From positions 59,341,741 to 59,405,740 of the forward strand of contig CM041465.1 in NCBI GenBank assembly GCA_023213395.1: a stretch of DNA of 64,000 nucleotides, read 5' to 3'. Position numbers and translations under genes: made by a program. Position 1 is the stretch's first letter; the number at the start of each line of letters is the position of its first letter. Source of the DNA: Cycas panzhihuaensis. Taxonomy: Eukaryota; Plantae; Cycadophyta. Below the pieces are notes generated by a model that was not told the DNA's origin, did not search any database, and was given only the letters and a program-made list of their open reading frames with translations. Below, piece by piece: positions 8,670 through 23,924 of this stretch.

Positions 8670-11387
8670 TACAAAACCACTCATCATGGTCATTTTAAGT
8701 TCCAAGTAATGCCTTTTAGTCTTTATAATATCCCCTACCTTGTAAGTCTTAATTAATAAAATTTTTACTACCCACCTTAAAAAAATTATCTTTATTTTTT
8801 TGATGATATACTACTTTATAGTTCTTATTTAGCTTATACCTTCATCATCTAGAAATTATTCTTTAAATTCTACACTAATATCAGTTGTATGCTAAACTTT
8901 CAAAATGTGAATTTAGTAAATTTGAATTATAATACTTAGGTCATATCATTTTATCAATAGGTATACAAGTAGATACTAATAAAATTTTAATTATCTCCAT
9001 TTGGTCAACCCCTATAAACCTCACCTAACTACATGTCTTTCTTGGCCTCATAAGATTTTACTACAACTTTGTTTGTAACTATGCTTCTCTTACTATCTCT
9101 CTAAATAACCTCTTATATAAAGGCTCATTCTAGTGGTCCCTAATTATAGAAGTTATCTTTAACTAGCTAAAAGTAGTTATGAACTCAACTCCTATCTTTA
9201 CTACTTTAAATTTTTTATAACCCTTTCAAATTGAGTGTGATGCTTTAGGATTTTGCATAGGAGCACTCCTTATGTGAAATTTTCATCCTATTACCTTTGG
9301 AAGCCATAAAGTTAAGGATTATGAATGTCAACTATTAACTTATCAAAAGGAAATGAAAGTGATTTTGCATGTAGTAGATAAATGACAATAATATCTCTTA
9401 GGCTCCATATTCATAATCCTCACCAATCACCATAGTCTCTATCATCTTTTGGATCAACCTGTACTATTAGAAGAACATGTTAAGTGGATTAACTACTTAT
9501 AAGTATTCAACTTCACCATATCCTATAAGAAAGGTAAATATAATAGTATTTTCGATACTCTATCATGATTACCTTTTGATTCAAACATTCCTACTCTTAC
9601 CATTCATGCCATCTCTAAATCCCATCCTATATGGTTAAAGGATTTGGTAATAGAAAACTTGTCCCAATTAAACTATCTATAGTGGGTCATAAAAGCCCAT
9701 AACCAAAAGGACTAGTCAACCTATAATAATTATGTCCTATTCATATTTTTGTCCACTTTGTCTCCTCCTTCATTCCTTGCATCTTATTTAAATACCATTC
9801 TATTCCTTTAGGTGGTTATTCTGAGTTTGATAAGATATATCAACATATTCTTGCAAGATTATTTTGGCCTCTTATTAAGTTAATCATCCTTACCTTTATG
9901 TCTAAGTGTGTCACTTATCAAAGAAAGAATATGGACATTAAGGATCTACTAGGTCTTCTCTAGCCCTTGCACATTCCCTAGGGTCATTGGAAAGACATAG
10001 CCATGGATTTTATTAAATGTCTACTAATATCTATTGGATCTTATTCAATCTTAGTTATCATTAATAGACTAACTACGTATGCCTATTTCCTTCTAGTACA
10101 CATTTCATATAAGGCATCCTGTCTTACACACCTTTATACTCTATTCATCTTTGCCTATATAGGTTTCCCTCATCTATCCTTTATGACCAAGACCCTAAAT
10201 TCATTAGGTCTTTCTATCAAAAACTCTTTCAAGCATTAGGAACCTCATTTAACATGAGCATGACCTAGTATCCATAAACTAATGGCTAGTTAAAAGTTAT
10301 AAATAAAACATTAAAAACTTATTTACATTATTTTACTTTTAGCCATTAAGCTAAGTAGATTTCCTAGCTATTATTTTTGAATATTAGTACAACTCATCTC
10401 ATCATTTAATTATACGTATGTCCTTATTCATGGCTCTTTATGGGTACCTCTACCATCCCACCAAACTATAGCTACTAATCTTTGAACTACTTCTATCTAA
10501 CAAAAACTTCAAGATATGGACCAAATCCTACACACTCTTAAGTTAATCCTAGAAAATATGTAGAATCATATGAAGTAACTTATCAATCATCATTATTTTG
10601 ATCATTGTTTCTTTGTTGGTGACCTAGTATTCCTTCATCTTCAAACTTATAAATAGTATTCTCTCAAGAGCTATACAAGCCACATGTTAAGCCCATACTA
10701 CTATGTCCTATATAAAGTTCTACAAAAGATTGGTCAAGTTACCTACATACTCAAACTCTCATGGGATATAAAAATTCATAATATATTCCATGCCTCCTAC
10801 TTAAAGAAATAACTTAGCAAGAATAGTATTCTCTAGACCACTCTTCCCATCATTAATGATGAGTAGTTACTCATAATTCCCCTAGTTATATCATCGTTAA
10901 TTTATAATACCACCTTCAAAACTAGACCATCTCTAAGCATTTGGCATAGTGGGTCAGTTGTGATTTAGAGGAAGTAACATGGGAATTAGATGCTTTCCAA
11001 GTAATACCCTCATCTTCTAAGCTTTGAGGACTTACCATCTTAAATGGGGGGCACTTATTATATAATCATATGCCACTATTAAAATTAAGTTGTTCATTCA
11101 TGTGATTAAGGTGTGTGATGGTTAGAGTTTCTTCTAAACTAGTGTGCATGGGGCCACTTATATCCTCTAATAGGAATGAGGGTTAATTTTCCTCCAATTG
11201 AATTCTATAAGTAAGGGCCATACTTGCCTATTTAAGGCCCAACATTTGTAAAGGAAGGTTACATCTAGAGTTTATTTATAATATCATACTATAATATGAA
11301 TTTAATGATCTTTACTATACTTTCAAGTGTCCCCTTTTATAAATTTTGGTGCATAAATCAATAATCTGTCATTATGCTCTTGTAACA
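8670..11387 (+). mobile_element. 3' half of a degenerate chromoviral Ty3/gypsy element: RT-RNaseH-integrase-chromodomain, PPT, 3' LTR 11056-11387
   Basis: HHGHFKFQVMPFSLYN and FFDDILLYS (RT), PFQIECDALGFCIGA (RH), WKDIAMDFIKCL (INT, ORF 10003), IHNIFHASYLKK and W....EEVTWE (chromodomain). The PPT AAATGGGGGG is at 11042-11051. The LTR runs TATTATA...TGTAACA, a decayed TGTTACA inverted end. Confidence 0.88.
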
Positions 11388-12553
11388 AATTGGTGTAATT
11401 ACTTATAGAACCCTTTTAAACATAGTCAACAATATGATCGATTAATGAAATATTATGTTTATTAGTATAATATTGAGATATTTTGGCAATCCTTTTTACA
11501 CCAATAATACCAATCATTCCATGTTGATATTGATGACAAATGACAAATTATCAATGCTAGATCACCAAGTTGACATTATATGCTAAGTAATTTCCAAGTC
11601 AAGTCGATGATATAATTAGTATTAACAAAATAACCATTAACATAATAATAAGAATAAATTAATGATATATGTAGTCAATAGCTAACAAGATATTAAATGA
11701 CATAGATTATGATGGGAATGAGTAAGATTCCATGTCAATGATGTAATACTCTTTAGTTGATGATAAAGAAATGGTGATGACAAGGTCGATAATATGAATT
11801 TGGTGCCAATAGCTTTCGTATTGAGAATCTTCCAATCAACAACTATTATTTACTTGCTACAATGAGTTCACAATGTGAGACAAAAATATTTATCTTTTTT
11901 ATTTATAGGTCATTATTTTAACATCATTATAAGGTGATCTATATGCATATATGACAATAACCAAGTAGATTGACTAAGTCAACATTGATGGAAAGAGTGC
12001 ATTTGATTAATGTTAGGTCAACATCAATAGAGGAAGTGAGGAATGCTCTATAGGTGTAGATAATATATACCTTAAACATTGTTTTGTAGTTATAGCCTTA
12101 AATATAGATGACAAATTGATACTAAGTAACTTATTAGCAAGAGATATTCTAATCCAACCATGCATAATGATAAGAAATTAAGGCCATGACAAGAGGAAGC
12201 AACATCATAAATAATGCTTTAACTCTTAGTAATAATCTATAAGAATGCTAGGTCAGTATATGATTAAAGACATTTAAGATTATCTAGTACATTTAGCGAA
12301 AAATAATTCGAATAATATTTTTAATCTTTAGTTGAGAAAATATAAATGTCAAATAAGTCAAGGATAATAACAAGTTGAAATTGGCATAATTACATTAGAA
12401 GTTTCATTAATTATTAAAATATAATAATGAAAATATGCTTTAGCATATTATACACCATAATATGCATTAGAGGAAAGACATAAATTCATTGTGATTGTAG
12501 TATATAAAGCTTTTGACGATATGTAATAATGTTAAGGAAGTTAGATCCCTTTG

Positions 12554-15167
12554 TATTAGGAAACACCTTGATGTAAATAGGATGATAGAATATTTAACAC
12601 ATAACATATCTTAAAAGAAAAAATACACACAAGAAACTAGATTTGAGGTGGGAAACCCTCTTAAGTAAAAACCTACTAAAATGATATTATTTCACATTTT
12701 TGACAACTCTAGAATAATACATAGATGGACTTTGATCTTTATTTATAGATCCAAAGTGCCTTGATAATATTATATTATGTGATTACATTTGTCAGCTCAT
12801 CTAATATTATATCAAGAATATTCTACATATTAACTCACTAGACATTAACATTAGTTAGTATGGTAATATATTCCAATATCCTCTCTTAATGTAAATGTGG
12901 GGTATTAAGGTTTATCCTTGGCAATAGATCCCCTCTTAAGGATAACATCACCTAATATGCATAAACATCAATGTAGCAATCTTCAGTTGGGGCTTGGTGA
13001 ACACATTCTGAAGTTGATCTCCACTTGGACAAACTTCAACCTACATTTTCCCTAATATGATCTTCTCTTGGATGTAATGGTGCTATACCTTGTATATACG
13101 TAATTCTGTAGAAATTCTTCAACAGTCCCTACAACCATACAACTCTCTCTCACACTAATACTTTGTCCATAAAACTCAACCATTTTCCTTTGACTAAATG
13201 AAGAGGTTGAGCCACTTGAGCCATGTGAATCTTCTCTTTAAGTCTCCATTAAAGAATGCTAATATGATATGATGTGACTTCCAACTATCTAAAGTCGCTA
13301 AAGTAAGGATCAAACATACCAATAACATAAAGACTAGTGTATAATGTCTTTGCATACCTAAATCCTTCTTTCTACTTGAAATCCTATGCAACAAGCTTTT
13401 CTAACTTGTAAACTAACTAAGTTCTTTAAGGGAGGTAAGGGACCCAAATCCCACACATCACTCTCTATTAATACAACTCTCCGTTACAAATCTCTACTTG
13501 TTGAAACAATGGTGTCTATCTCAAGTTTTAACTAGCATGTTGATTCATATTCTTTCATCATCTTCTAGGTGTTCAACTATCAATAGAACATGGAGTTGCA
13601 ATCCATGTCTCTTCAAATAATGACTGCCCATCATCACTCCTACTAAGTCCTGCTTCTATCTCAAATATAATGTTAGGCAAACAAACCTCCACACCTACTG
13701 AATCATGAGTTGGAAATGGTAAGAAATGAAAGATAAAACCTATAATTAGATGACACTCAATACGATACGCCAATAACTCATTTAATCTTGACATCTAGAC
13801 TAATCACAATGCTTTTCTCCTTTAGATCACACTATTTATAAGCCCTATTCACTTCAAACTCTTGTAGTATTGTTAATATAATTTTTCTCTAAGATGAGTG
13901 CACTACATGCACTTCAAACAACAAATGGAAGGCTTTTGACTTGGTCTAATATATAACACTAAGGGAATATACCACAAACAACTTTAACAATGTACCTAAT
14001 ACCCATCCTCTATAGCTTTAGCCATAAATCTATGGGAGGCAAACCATAACATGTACCAATCTCACCATTTTCATCATGATATTGACTTATAATGCAAACG
14101 TATGGAGTTTATAGGACAACCATTCTATGCCATTATAAAGGTATAACTAATTTTTAAGGCATCTTGTTATAGACTTTTCCATTCACACTTCAAATTTTTA
14201 TCAAACACTCTATCAATTCCATATTATATTTGTTCAGATATGTACACATGTTGAATTGACATCAAATAAGCCATAAATCCTCATGCTAACATTAGTCCAA
14301 CTAGCAAAGTATAATGGTTCACTATCACTGATAACCACTTATACAAGTAGCAAATTTTGAACCTCTTGTCACCTCATATATATCTAATGCAGTAGAACTC
14401 GAATATACACGAATAAAACACATCATTTTATAATGAGTAACCACACTTATAATAACATATGTGCAATGATCTATGCCATACTAATAATAGAGTTTACTTT
14501 CCTATAGCTTAGGTATCTCGATCAAACTCGCCCTTCTTCACCCTCTCTTTCCCTTCTCTTACCTATTCTTACCTTCTTTGTCAATTAGTGATAATTCACT
14601 ACCTTAACATCTTCACTCAACAAGCTCTACCATGTAACCACATGTAATAAGAGTCTTATCCCCTCATCTCACCCTTCTTCACCCATTAACTCCCTCATGT
14701 AAAACATACACTAGAGAGCATCATTTTGCCTCACTCGCTTTCTCATACAATCATATGTAAGAGAACAAATAGTTGCCTCTTCACCTATTTTACCCTATCA
14801 TGTAATTGCATGCAACATGGCCTATTCACCACATCACCAATAATCTATCAAAAACCCATCACCATAACATACTCACTTAATCCAAGTATCTTTCAAGGTT
14901 ATTATAAACCACTCAATATACTGATGGCTGTAATTAATAACACTAATGATCTTTGGTTAAAGGGCAAAACATATGATATGAAATATATGGGCAAATGACA
15001 TTAGTAACTTAATATATGAAATGGTGAATATATATCAAATGAAGGGATGATTAAAAACTATTAATACAAAGGCAACTTCATCATCTAACATATGGGCAAT
15101 TAAATATTAAAACAATGAATGGAATATGTCAACACTGGGCGATGAAAATCAATGCCATAAATATATG

Positions 15168-15223
<56 letters not shown>

Positions 15224-16348
15224 TATATATAGATGGATAGATAGTTGCAATAATAATGTACGTAGGCCATAAACATCATAATGATGTAACTATATAACAT
15301 AACTACAAATGAATAAGTTACTCTAAATTATTATGCATACTATTACAACTGATGATATTAAATGATCAGTGATGAAATATCACTATGCAGGCTTTAAATC
15401 AACTAGGTGGCTCATACATTCATCATGTGGATATTAATTTCAATGCATGGTAAATAAAATATCATTACTCAAGGTGTTTACAATCATATACATAATATAT
15501 ATTTCAAAATATATTGATATATATGGGCATACCTTTATTTCATTACAGGTGTTGCAACAGCTTCATCATGGCTTTGCACTCTCTCACTACTTGTTTCACA
15601 TCAATAAAGAGCTAGTAGTCACTTACAACTAGGTGTATGACATCTCTCCTCACATGGGGAGCCTTAAACACCTTTAAAACCTGATTAATAGACTTCAAAA
15701 TCACCTTTAGGGCTTTACAAACTTAATGGCACATGAAACAATAGATCTAACACCTTCAATAGGCTCAAAATAGGCTCCTATGGATAATAATAGAGTAACT
15801 AGGCCTGTATATTATCTACACACTTCCATAGGGCTTTAAAATATTGTAAAATAGAAATAGAAGGCTTTCAAGATCTGATAATGATCATCTACATCTCTAT
15901 GGCAATTTTGCAGGTCATCAAATAAGCCAATCCTCATCGAGTAAGCTAACATGACCTGGCACCAATGATTAGATGATCTAAATAATGACCATATGCTTGT
16001 GCACCTCCTATAGCTTTGATACCATATTAGAAAACACCTCTATGTAAATAGGACAACATAATCTAAACACATAATATATCTAAATAGAAAAAATTAACAT
16101 AGGACACCAAATTTGAGGTGAGAAACCCTCTTAGGTGAAAACTCACCAAAATGATATTATTTCATAATTTTGACAAATCTAGCATACTACATAGATGGAC
16201 TTTGATCTTTATTTATAGATATAAAGTGCCTTGATAATATTATATTATGTGATTATATTCGTTGGCTCATCCAATATTACATTGAGAATATTCTGCACAT
16301 TAACTCACCATACATTAGCATTAGTTAGTATGGTAATATATTATAATA
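12554..16348 (-). mobile_element. Internally deleted Ty1/copia element with both LTRs (12554-12878, 16025-16348)
   Basis: Two ~325-bp direct repeats (TATTAG.AAACACC...TGGTAATATATT..AATA). The minus-strand PBS TGGTATCAAAGC is at 16013-16024 and the PPT TAAGAGAGGA at 12879-12888. An RT remnant (AFFNGDLK, ORF 13194) and an RNase H tail (HHYIQEKI) remain. The internal region is only ~3.1 kb. Confidence 0.88.
15179..15219. repeat. (AG)n microsatellite flanked by TA runs
   Basis: About 20 AG units inside the copia internal region. Confidence 0.97.
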
Positions 16349-17799
16349 TTTTCTTGTTTTATAAAATGAATAGCATTTTTATTGGCCTAGCTAGCTAAAA
16401 ATTATATCTAGCCATGTTAGGAGATTATGTATAATATTAATAAGTGACTACAATATGTATCATTAATAAGACTCCAACACAACTATAAATAAGAATAAAC
16501 CCATGTATTGAGGGAGAAATTAAAACATAAGTGAAGACATAGGTAGTAGGTACATAAATTTTTCATCTCAACCCAAGTTGATGCTTTTCTCATTTACTAA
16601 TAATATGCAACGACAAATTTAAAGCCAACAACCTCATGTAGTATTATTTCTACTTAACTAATAATGATCCTAATGAATGATTACTTGATGTGATGCAATT
16701 ACTCTCTCTAGTAATTATTCCCTATATGACAATTAATTCTATTATTAAAAAGAGTATGGATGAAGTAGGCCTTTTAAATCGAAGGGGATAGTAAATTCCT
16801 AGGCACAATGAGGTACCAAAGGCACCACAAATTAGCCATAAAGTTAATTATTATAGATTGAGGAATGCCCTATTAGGCTTGGAAAAAGACCTTGGTAAAA
16901 AGAGTATGAACTCTTTTGTTGGGCATGGTCCAAGAAAAAAGTAGAGAAATTAGTAATCTTAAACATGGGTCTAGAGCAGGTTAACATCTAGGAAACCCGT
17001 TTAACTTAAGAAATCATGATGGTGAACTAGAATTTTTACTCTTTATATAGAAGTTGGCATTGTATTAACAATAGTTCTAAAAGTACCTTAAAAATTATAT
17101 ACTCTCTTAATCACTATTAGTGAACTATATATCTAAAGGACTTCCTAAAGAACTAATAGATGCAATGACTAGTTACCTATATAAATTGGTGGATGGATGA
17201 TCTTTCATATAGATATCATCATATTTCTTATAATTTTTATAGTCTTATGTGACTTTTAAAGTATAAGAGAGATGTTGGATTTGAAGTAATTCTAGGACAA
17301 AATATAATTAAATCCCAAGAGAGATGTTGGCCTATAGAAGGGCCATGGTCATAATATATAATGATTTGTAATACATTAGAAAAAAGTGGATAAATTAATA
17401 CTTGTATTAAATAAGGGTTAATTAATATAAATGATTACATTAAAGAAGTGTTAATAGAGGATTAGTTAGGTAGTTGATTGATGTATAAATGAGCTACATG
17501 AGTGAGGCATTAAAGTAGGTAAGCAACATGTTAGGTATTGTTAGAAGGAGTGATACATTGACCTGAGGCTAATGATCTTTATTGCCTAGTCAACCATGTA
17601 ATCTCTCTCTTATTAATAAATAATACATTGCTACTTATATTTATATTCCATTACCTCTAATACTCTCTCTCCTCTCATGAATGTGGTATTATTTAATGCT
17701 TATTGATATAATTATAAAGAATGTTATTTAATTATATGTGCCATCCTTATGTAATGACATGTTGACAAACTGAGGTAATGAGACCCTAGAATATCCAAT

Positions 17800-20700
17800 A
17801 ACTTATGAGTTGTATTTAGATGTTTTTCAAATAAGGTAAGAAAAAGGCCTAATAATGATTATCCTTATTAGGGCTTTAAGAGATCTATCATATTCTTAAC
17901 ACTTCCATAGAACAAGATCAAGGGCACTAATACCCAACCCTTGAAGCATCTTTGCTAGCATGGAATTCATAGAACACTTTAAACTAATTACTATTTTTTC
18001 TAGGAAACAATTTGGGGTTTCAATTATAATGAAGAAAGGAAAGATAAAATACCTTATCATCTCCTCAATGGAAGGGAGCTCAATTGGATTGAATGTGATG
18101 AGGGATTGGCCTATAGGTTTTACCTTAGTGGAATTAACTTCCCTAGGCTAAAGGATATTAAGGAGAAACTACCTTTGGTTAGGATAACTTTTTAGGGCAT
18201 ATATAATTAAAATTCCTAATAAGATAAATTGAAGCTCCTCAATGATAAGAAAATATTTCCCTTTGCATATGGGTTGGGGAAGAACCATTGTCATATCAAA
18301 TTACCTAGGATAAATAAGAATAATTTTTGGTAACCTAATAACTTCTAAAGGTGGGGGATTGGAGGATGATATATGATCCATTTCTTTTATTACTTGGTCA
18401 TAGGTAGTAATGAATATATGGGAAGCCTCAAATATATAAATCACATACTTACCTTTTACATTATATAATTAGGTGGATTCTTTGATATTTGACATCTTCT
18501 TAAGCTTGGGTTTTAGTGGATGATATATTGGGCTCTTATTTAGGCTTAATAGGCTATTTAAGTTTTTTTTCTTTAGGCTATTAAACCTTGCCATTTCCCT
18601 TTTAATCTTGAGATGGTTTATCATCATGCTTTAGAAAATGTTCTTTATAAATAGGTTGCTTTAAGTCGGGCCTTGATGTTAATTAGTTCTAGAGATTTCA
18701 TAGAGGAGTAAGCTTAGGATATTGGGACTAATAATGAGCATCATCATGGCTACCACTTTGATTAATGGAACACCATCATTTTGGTATGGGTGTACTACTA
18801 TCATTATTCTCCCTTTAAAAGGATGATATTGCTTTATTTGGTGAAATGGCCTAGAATATTTAGGTTCTTAGCCTAACTAGTTCAACCTCTTAAGAGGCCC
18901 TAATTATAGCTTGAAATCTTAAATTACCTACTCAACTAAATAAGTGATAGAGGTGGTAGTGCCTATTTTGGGCACTTCCATATGAGCCTTGGGGTAAATG
19001 GTATTAATAAAGATGTCTCTTGTCAATTCTTTAGGCAACATGGCCTTGGAAGAGTGAATCAAATCATGAAACTATTAGATAAAGTCTTAATTAATATCTT
19101 TAGGGCCTTATTAAAGAGAGAGAATAACCTTAGCCTTACTCTCAAAAAGGTATTAACTATTGGAATATATAAATAGAATAAGAAGATTGCTTATCTAAGA
19201 ACTTAAGTACATCCCTATGAAGTCATCTTGGGAATATTTTTATCATTATATGGTTATGGGGCTAGAAATTAATGTAAGGTAGGTCAAAGGCCTTAATGGA
19301 CATCTTAGGGTCTTGAGCCATGGTTCCCTTAAACTTTAGAATCTCAAGTGGATGTGGCAAAAGATTGGTTTTGATCATATCTAATAAAAGGGAGATATTT
19401 TAGGAGTCAATAAATGGCTAAGTGCTTGATTAGATCAAGAGGTCAATGTCTCCTATATGGGGAAGGTATGGTAGATATGATTGAATAGTAATATGGGGGG
19501 TGTTCCCTTCTAGTATATTTAGTAAGGTGGAGGTTGAATGGATGGATTCAATTAAGTGATATCCCTAGCTAGGTTAGGAATTATCGAATGGAGTGGAGGC
19601 CTTCTATAGTTAGGCATGTCATAAGGTATGTATAGGTAGGAGATAATTGAGTAGGTTCAGAAGGAGTGGGACTAGGCTAGGGGTTTTAGGTGGTTTAAAG
19701 AGAGTATACAAACCCTCTATATATGGGCATTCCCAATGAAGTGCTAAGTTAGTAAGGGTGAGATGCTACCTCTAGTTAGGCTATATAGTTTGGGTTTGCC
19801 AACCTAATTAAACAACTAGAACTAATAGGATGATAGGAGGTTGAACACCAATAAGGAGGTAGGGAAATGGGCCAAGTTAAACCCTAGTAGGTATTCCCAT
19901 AGGTGGAGGTATACAATAATCTTAAGGATGAGGGAGTAAGTTTTATCTATATAGGGAATTTAATGAAGTAATAAACCTATATGGATGTTATAGGTCAAGA
20001 TTATAGAACATATATGGATGTTTTCCTATAGATCCCCAAGACTAGGGTGTGTAATTAGGTGGAAGGTATACATATCTTGAAGGTAGGGCTATAACTTGAG
20101 TATGCTGTGTCATGGCCCCTAGGACACTTTAAGCCATGATGGGATGGGGAGGTAGGATGGATGGCTAGGTAATCATCTAATTTATCCAACTTAAAGTGGA
20201 TTAGGCTAATGTAGGTGGAAGTCCTATACTTAGTTGATTTGTAGTGATTAAATAAGGAAGAGGGATGGGTTCAGGGATACTAGAATAAACTATAAGATAG
20301 GATAATAAATATGGAAGAATGTGAGTAATTATATAAGAGATATCCTCTAGTTAGGACTAGGATGCAAATAAAGATGGGAAGCCATTACTCCTAAATAAGT
20401 AAGTTTCCTAGGTAGGTTATGGATATAGGACAAATGAGGCACCTTAAGAAAGGGCTCTTGAAGTAGCATACCCCTCAACAAGTTTTTGAGGAGTGGGAAT
20501 ATGTTATAGATGTGTAGCTACATCATAATAAGATGCATCTAGTGGATGGGAAAGAGGTGGTGCGAACTCAAGAGTGGTAAGTCTAAACTCATATAGGAAT
20601 GTCAAGTTATCAGGTTGAGCTACTTTAATGATATAAGAGGGAGGCCTAATTGGGTTATTGGAATTAGGATTGGGATTATGTAATATATGTGCTTTGTCTA

Positions 20701-20811
20701 ATTTCTCTAAAAGAGATTACATGGGATCATAAGGGTTATCATAAGGAGTGAAGTTTTATATTTAAGTTAGAATAGGCCCTAAGACCTATTAATAGAGATT
20801 CTATTTTACCA
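17800..20811 (-). pseudogene. Degenerate gag-protease of a non-chromoviral (Tat-like) Ty3/gypsy element
   Basis: The minus strand has a long Pro/Tyr-rich region, then LEILKFKGTMAQDPKMSIKAF...HIMIKIFPR*LHRDVLKF (capsid, ~19200-19350), then PFFIIIETP...SMN...MLQGLGISALDL (protease, ~17900-18040). It parallels 53500-56300. Confidence 0.65.
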
Positions 20812-23800
20812 TGGCTCAGTGGCATGGAAGCTAGGTAAAACAAAAAGTGATCTAAAGGAGGTAAACCTTATAGCCTTTGAGTGAATTAAGGAATACACTA
20901 GATAACAATAAACAGATCAAAAGGAATAGATAGGTCTAAAGGTACTAATTTATAACTCTAACTCAGTACATATGTGTAAGAAGTACTCATGACTCTTGAC
21001 TCATGAAAAATTAATCTACTTTTTTAAATATAAAGCAAAACTAAAATAAAAGCTAAATAGAAAATTTGTCTTGGGTACCAAGTGCCAAATAAAATTATGA
21101 TTAACCCTAAAATAAAACTTACATAATGTGTTAGGGTTCTCCATATTTATAGGTATTAATATGGCACCTTATTAAAAAAATTGACTTCAATAATAACATT
21201 AATAATAAAATACCAACTTCCTAATATAAAAAGCTAACTTAATATTAATTTTAAATTACTATCCCTAAAACCTAACTTCTAATAAAACATTCACCTTTCC
21301 TCAATGGAATAGGATTATTATAATCTATTCCTCCTTTGAAGAAAACTTTACCCATAAAGTATTTATAATTTTGTCACTTAGAAGCCTAGAGGATGTATGC
21401 CCTTTTGCATATATCTTCAATCCTACACCTACAAGGGCTTAGATATCATATGATTTAGGTTCCCTATTTTCTTATCATCTTGAAGCAATCCATATATAAC
21501 CTCTTGCTATTCGTGATACTGCTCTATTTGGAATTATTTTTATATGGGACTCTCTTCTTAATCAATTGTGAGGCTTATGTGTTCTAAGGTCTTACATCAT
21601 GCTTATACATTATATCCACTTATAGTTATCATTAAGAGGAAATTGAGGAATTATAGAGAAAAGATAGGGAATATGAAAATCATATTAGGAAGGTAGATTT
21701 TGGAAATAAGAGGTAGGAATATAAGAGTAGAATTGCATATAAGAAACATAAAATATGAGCTATAGTTTATATGAGGGAAGATATATATGGATACATATTA
21801 AAGAGAGGGAATTAGAAAGTATATAGCATAGATGAGTTATCCTAGGAGGAGAGCTCATGGGAAGCATATATGGGATTTGAGTAGGAAATGGGATATATAA
21901 TCGCTAGATTAGATAAGAGGTAAAAAAGAATTTATGGATGATGAAGGTGATGTTATATAGAATGCAATGTAAATGAATCTAAGCCCATGAGTGAATTTAT
22001 GATTTAATAGAGATAAGGAGAACAAATAGGGAATACAGATTAGGTATTACTTATGGGAAAAGGGCTTTGGTAATGGTATACAAAGATGATTTATATAGTA
22101 ATGTAAAGGGCTAAGGGAAAAATGTATAGGGTAGTAAGAAGGTTGGTGGTGGGAGGAGTGGGGATGCAATGAAGAAAAAGTAGATGCTTTATAGAGGGGT
22201 GGTATAATGATAGTATCAAGGATTGATTCTTGATGAGAGGGGGTTAGAAGATGATGGATATTAAGGTGGTCCCAAAGAGGCTTCCTAAGGATTGGGACAT
22301 GGAAAGGTACCTCAAGTAGAACATGAATTTCACCTACTAGGAGTAGAGAGTCTAGGGCTTTAAGTTTTAGTTTGTTTATATGATTTTAATAAGGGGAAGC
22401 AGATTTTTAAGGATATACAACTTGGAAAATTAAGATAAGTAAGGAAATTTCCAAAAGAAATGGGTAAATTCAAGATAAGATCATAATTTAAAGCAAGTGA
22501 ATTTTTAGGATTGTCTTATATCTCTAATTTTATAAAAGGTAATGTTTTGTTTAATATAATGTTTTATCTAGGATATCTAAAGTACCTTGTAAGGGTCATA
22601 CATCATTTCCCCTTTCATCTCAAAATGACAAGTGTCATAATCTCATTACGTGATTGCCATTTGTCCCGTACACTTTGAATTATATTTATAGATTTACAAA
22701 TGATCAATAAAAACATAGGAGAGAATCATTTTAATATGGTATCAGAGTAGACTATTAAGTCACCCTACCTATAAGAGAATTAGGTCTTTGGGAACCTAAA
22801 GAAGCATTGGGTCAAGGAAGTTGAAGAGGATCAAGATACTCATCAAGCATGAGTCTTAAACAGAGCATTACCATCTATGTATGGATCAGAGTATGCACAT
22901 AGTTTGGAATCATATGGATGCCAAAAATAAAGTCATCTAAATTGTACAAAATATACCCAGATTGTAGACTAGGGCCTCCTCAACATTTTTTGCTTCTAGA
23001 CCAAAGTGATTTGAAGCCATCTTGAAGGACTTTTGGCTAGTTTTATAGGCACACAGGTTTGGAGGTCTTCTTCCTAAAAAACTCTCAAAATTTGACTTAA
23101 ATCATGAGTATTAAGTATCTAAACCCTCTCTTGTTATAAATCAAAGAGTTTGAGTGCATTCTTTCTAAGATTTCTCCTATTTTAAGGGAATTTTCATCAA
23201 TTAAAAAAAAAAAAACTAGGGGCATGGGTTTAGATATTCATCCTATAACTTCTCTCCAATTAGAGGGAGTTTCTAAAAAATAACACCAGATTCAAATACC
23301 CAATTTTGAGATCTATCAATTAACACCCATATTTTCTCCATTCATATACTTTAAGTTTTGTACGAAAATTTGTACAACCCTATTTTCCCTCTCAAAAATT
23401 AAATCTTGTGATTAATCATGGCCTTCTCTATTGGATTATTACCCAAGGGTAATAAATTAACTGAAATGAATTTAAGTATTTGGAAATTTAAGATAGAGGG
23501 TCTCTTAAGAGCAAAGCATACTTGGAAAATCACCATTGGTGATGGAAAACAACCCTCTGATATAGTTGACTTAATGAATTAGGAAGAAAGAAATAACACT
23601 ATTCTATATGTGGTCAAACTTTTAACCTTTAATCCCCTACTAGTTTATGTGGATGGTGTTGAGAGTCCTCATAAAATTTGGAAAATAGTGGCCTCCATGT
23701 TTAGTTAGAAAAATGAAGCCAGAATTATTGCCCTTAAAGAGGAACTCTATAAGTTTAAAATGAAAGAAGGCCAAATTATGTCTAACTTCATAGCCAAGTT

Positions 23801-23924
23801 GACCAATGTCAAAACCACTCTTCTCATAGCCAGAGACAAGATAACTAACACTAAATTAATACATCTTATACTCAACAAGTTATCAAAATCATTTGATAAC
23901 ATGGTAAATATGTTGACAGGAAGA

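Noticed and set aside
12549-16353. TSD for the deleted copia (CTTTG/TTTTC)
   Set aside because: Only 3 of 5 positions match, so it was not used as evidence.
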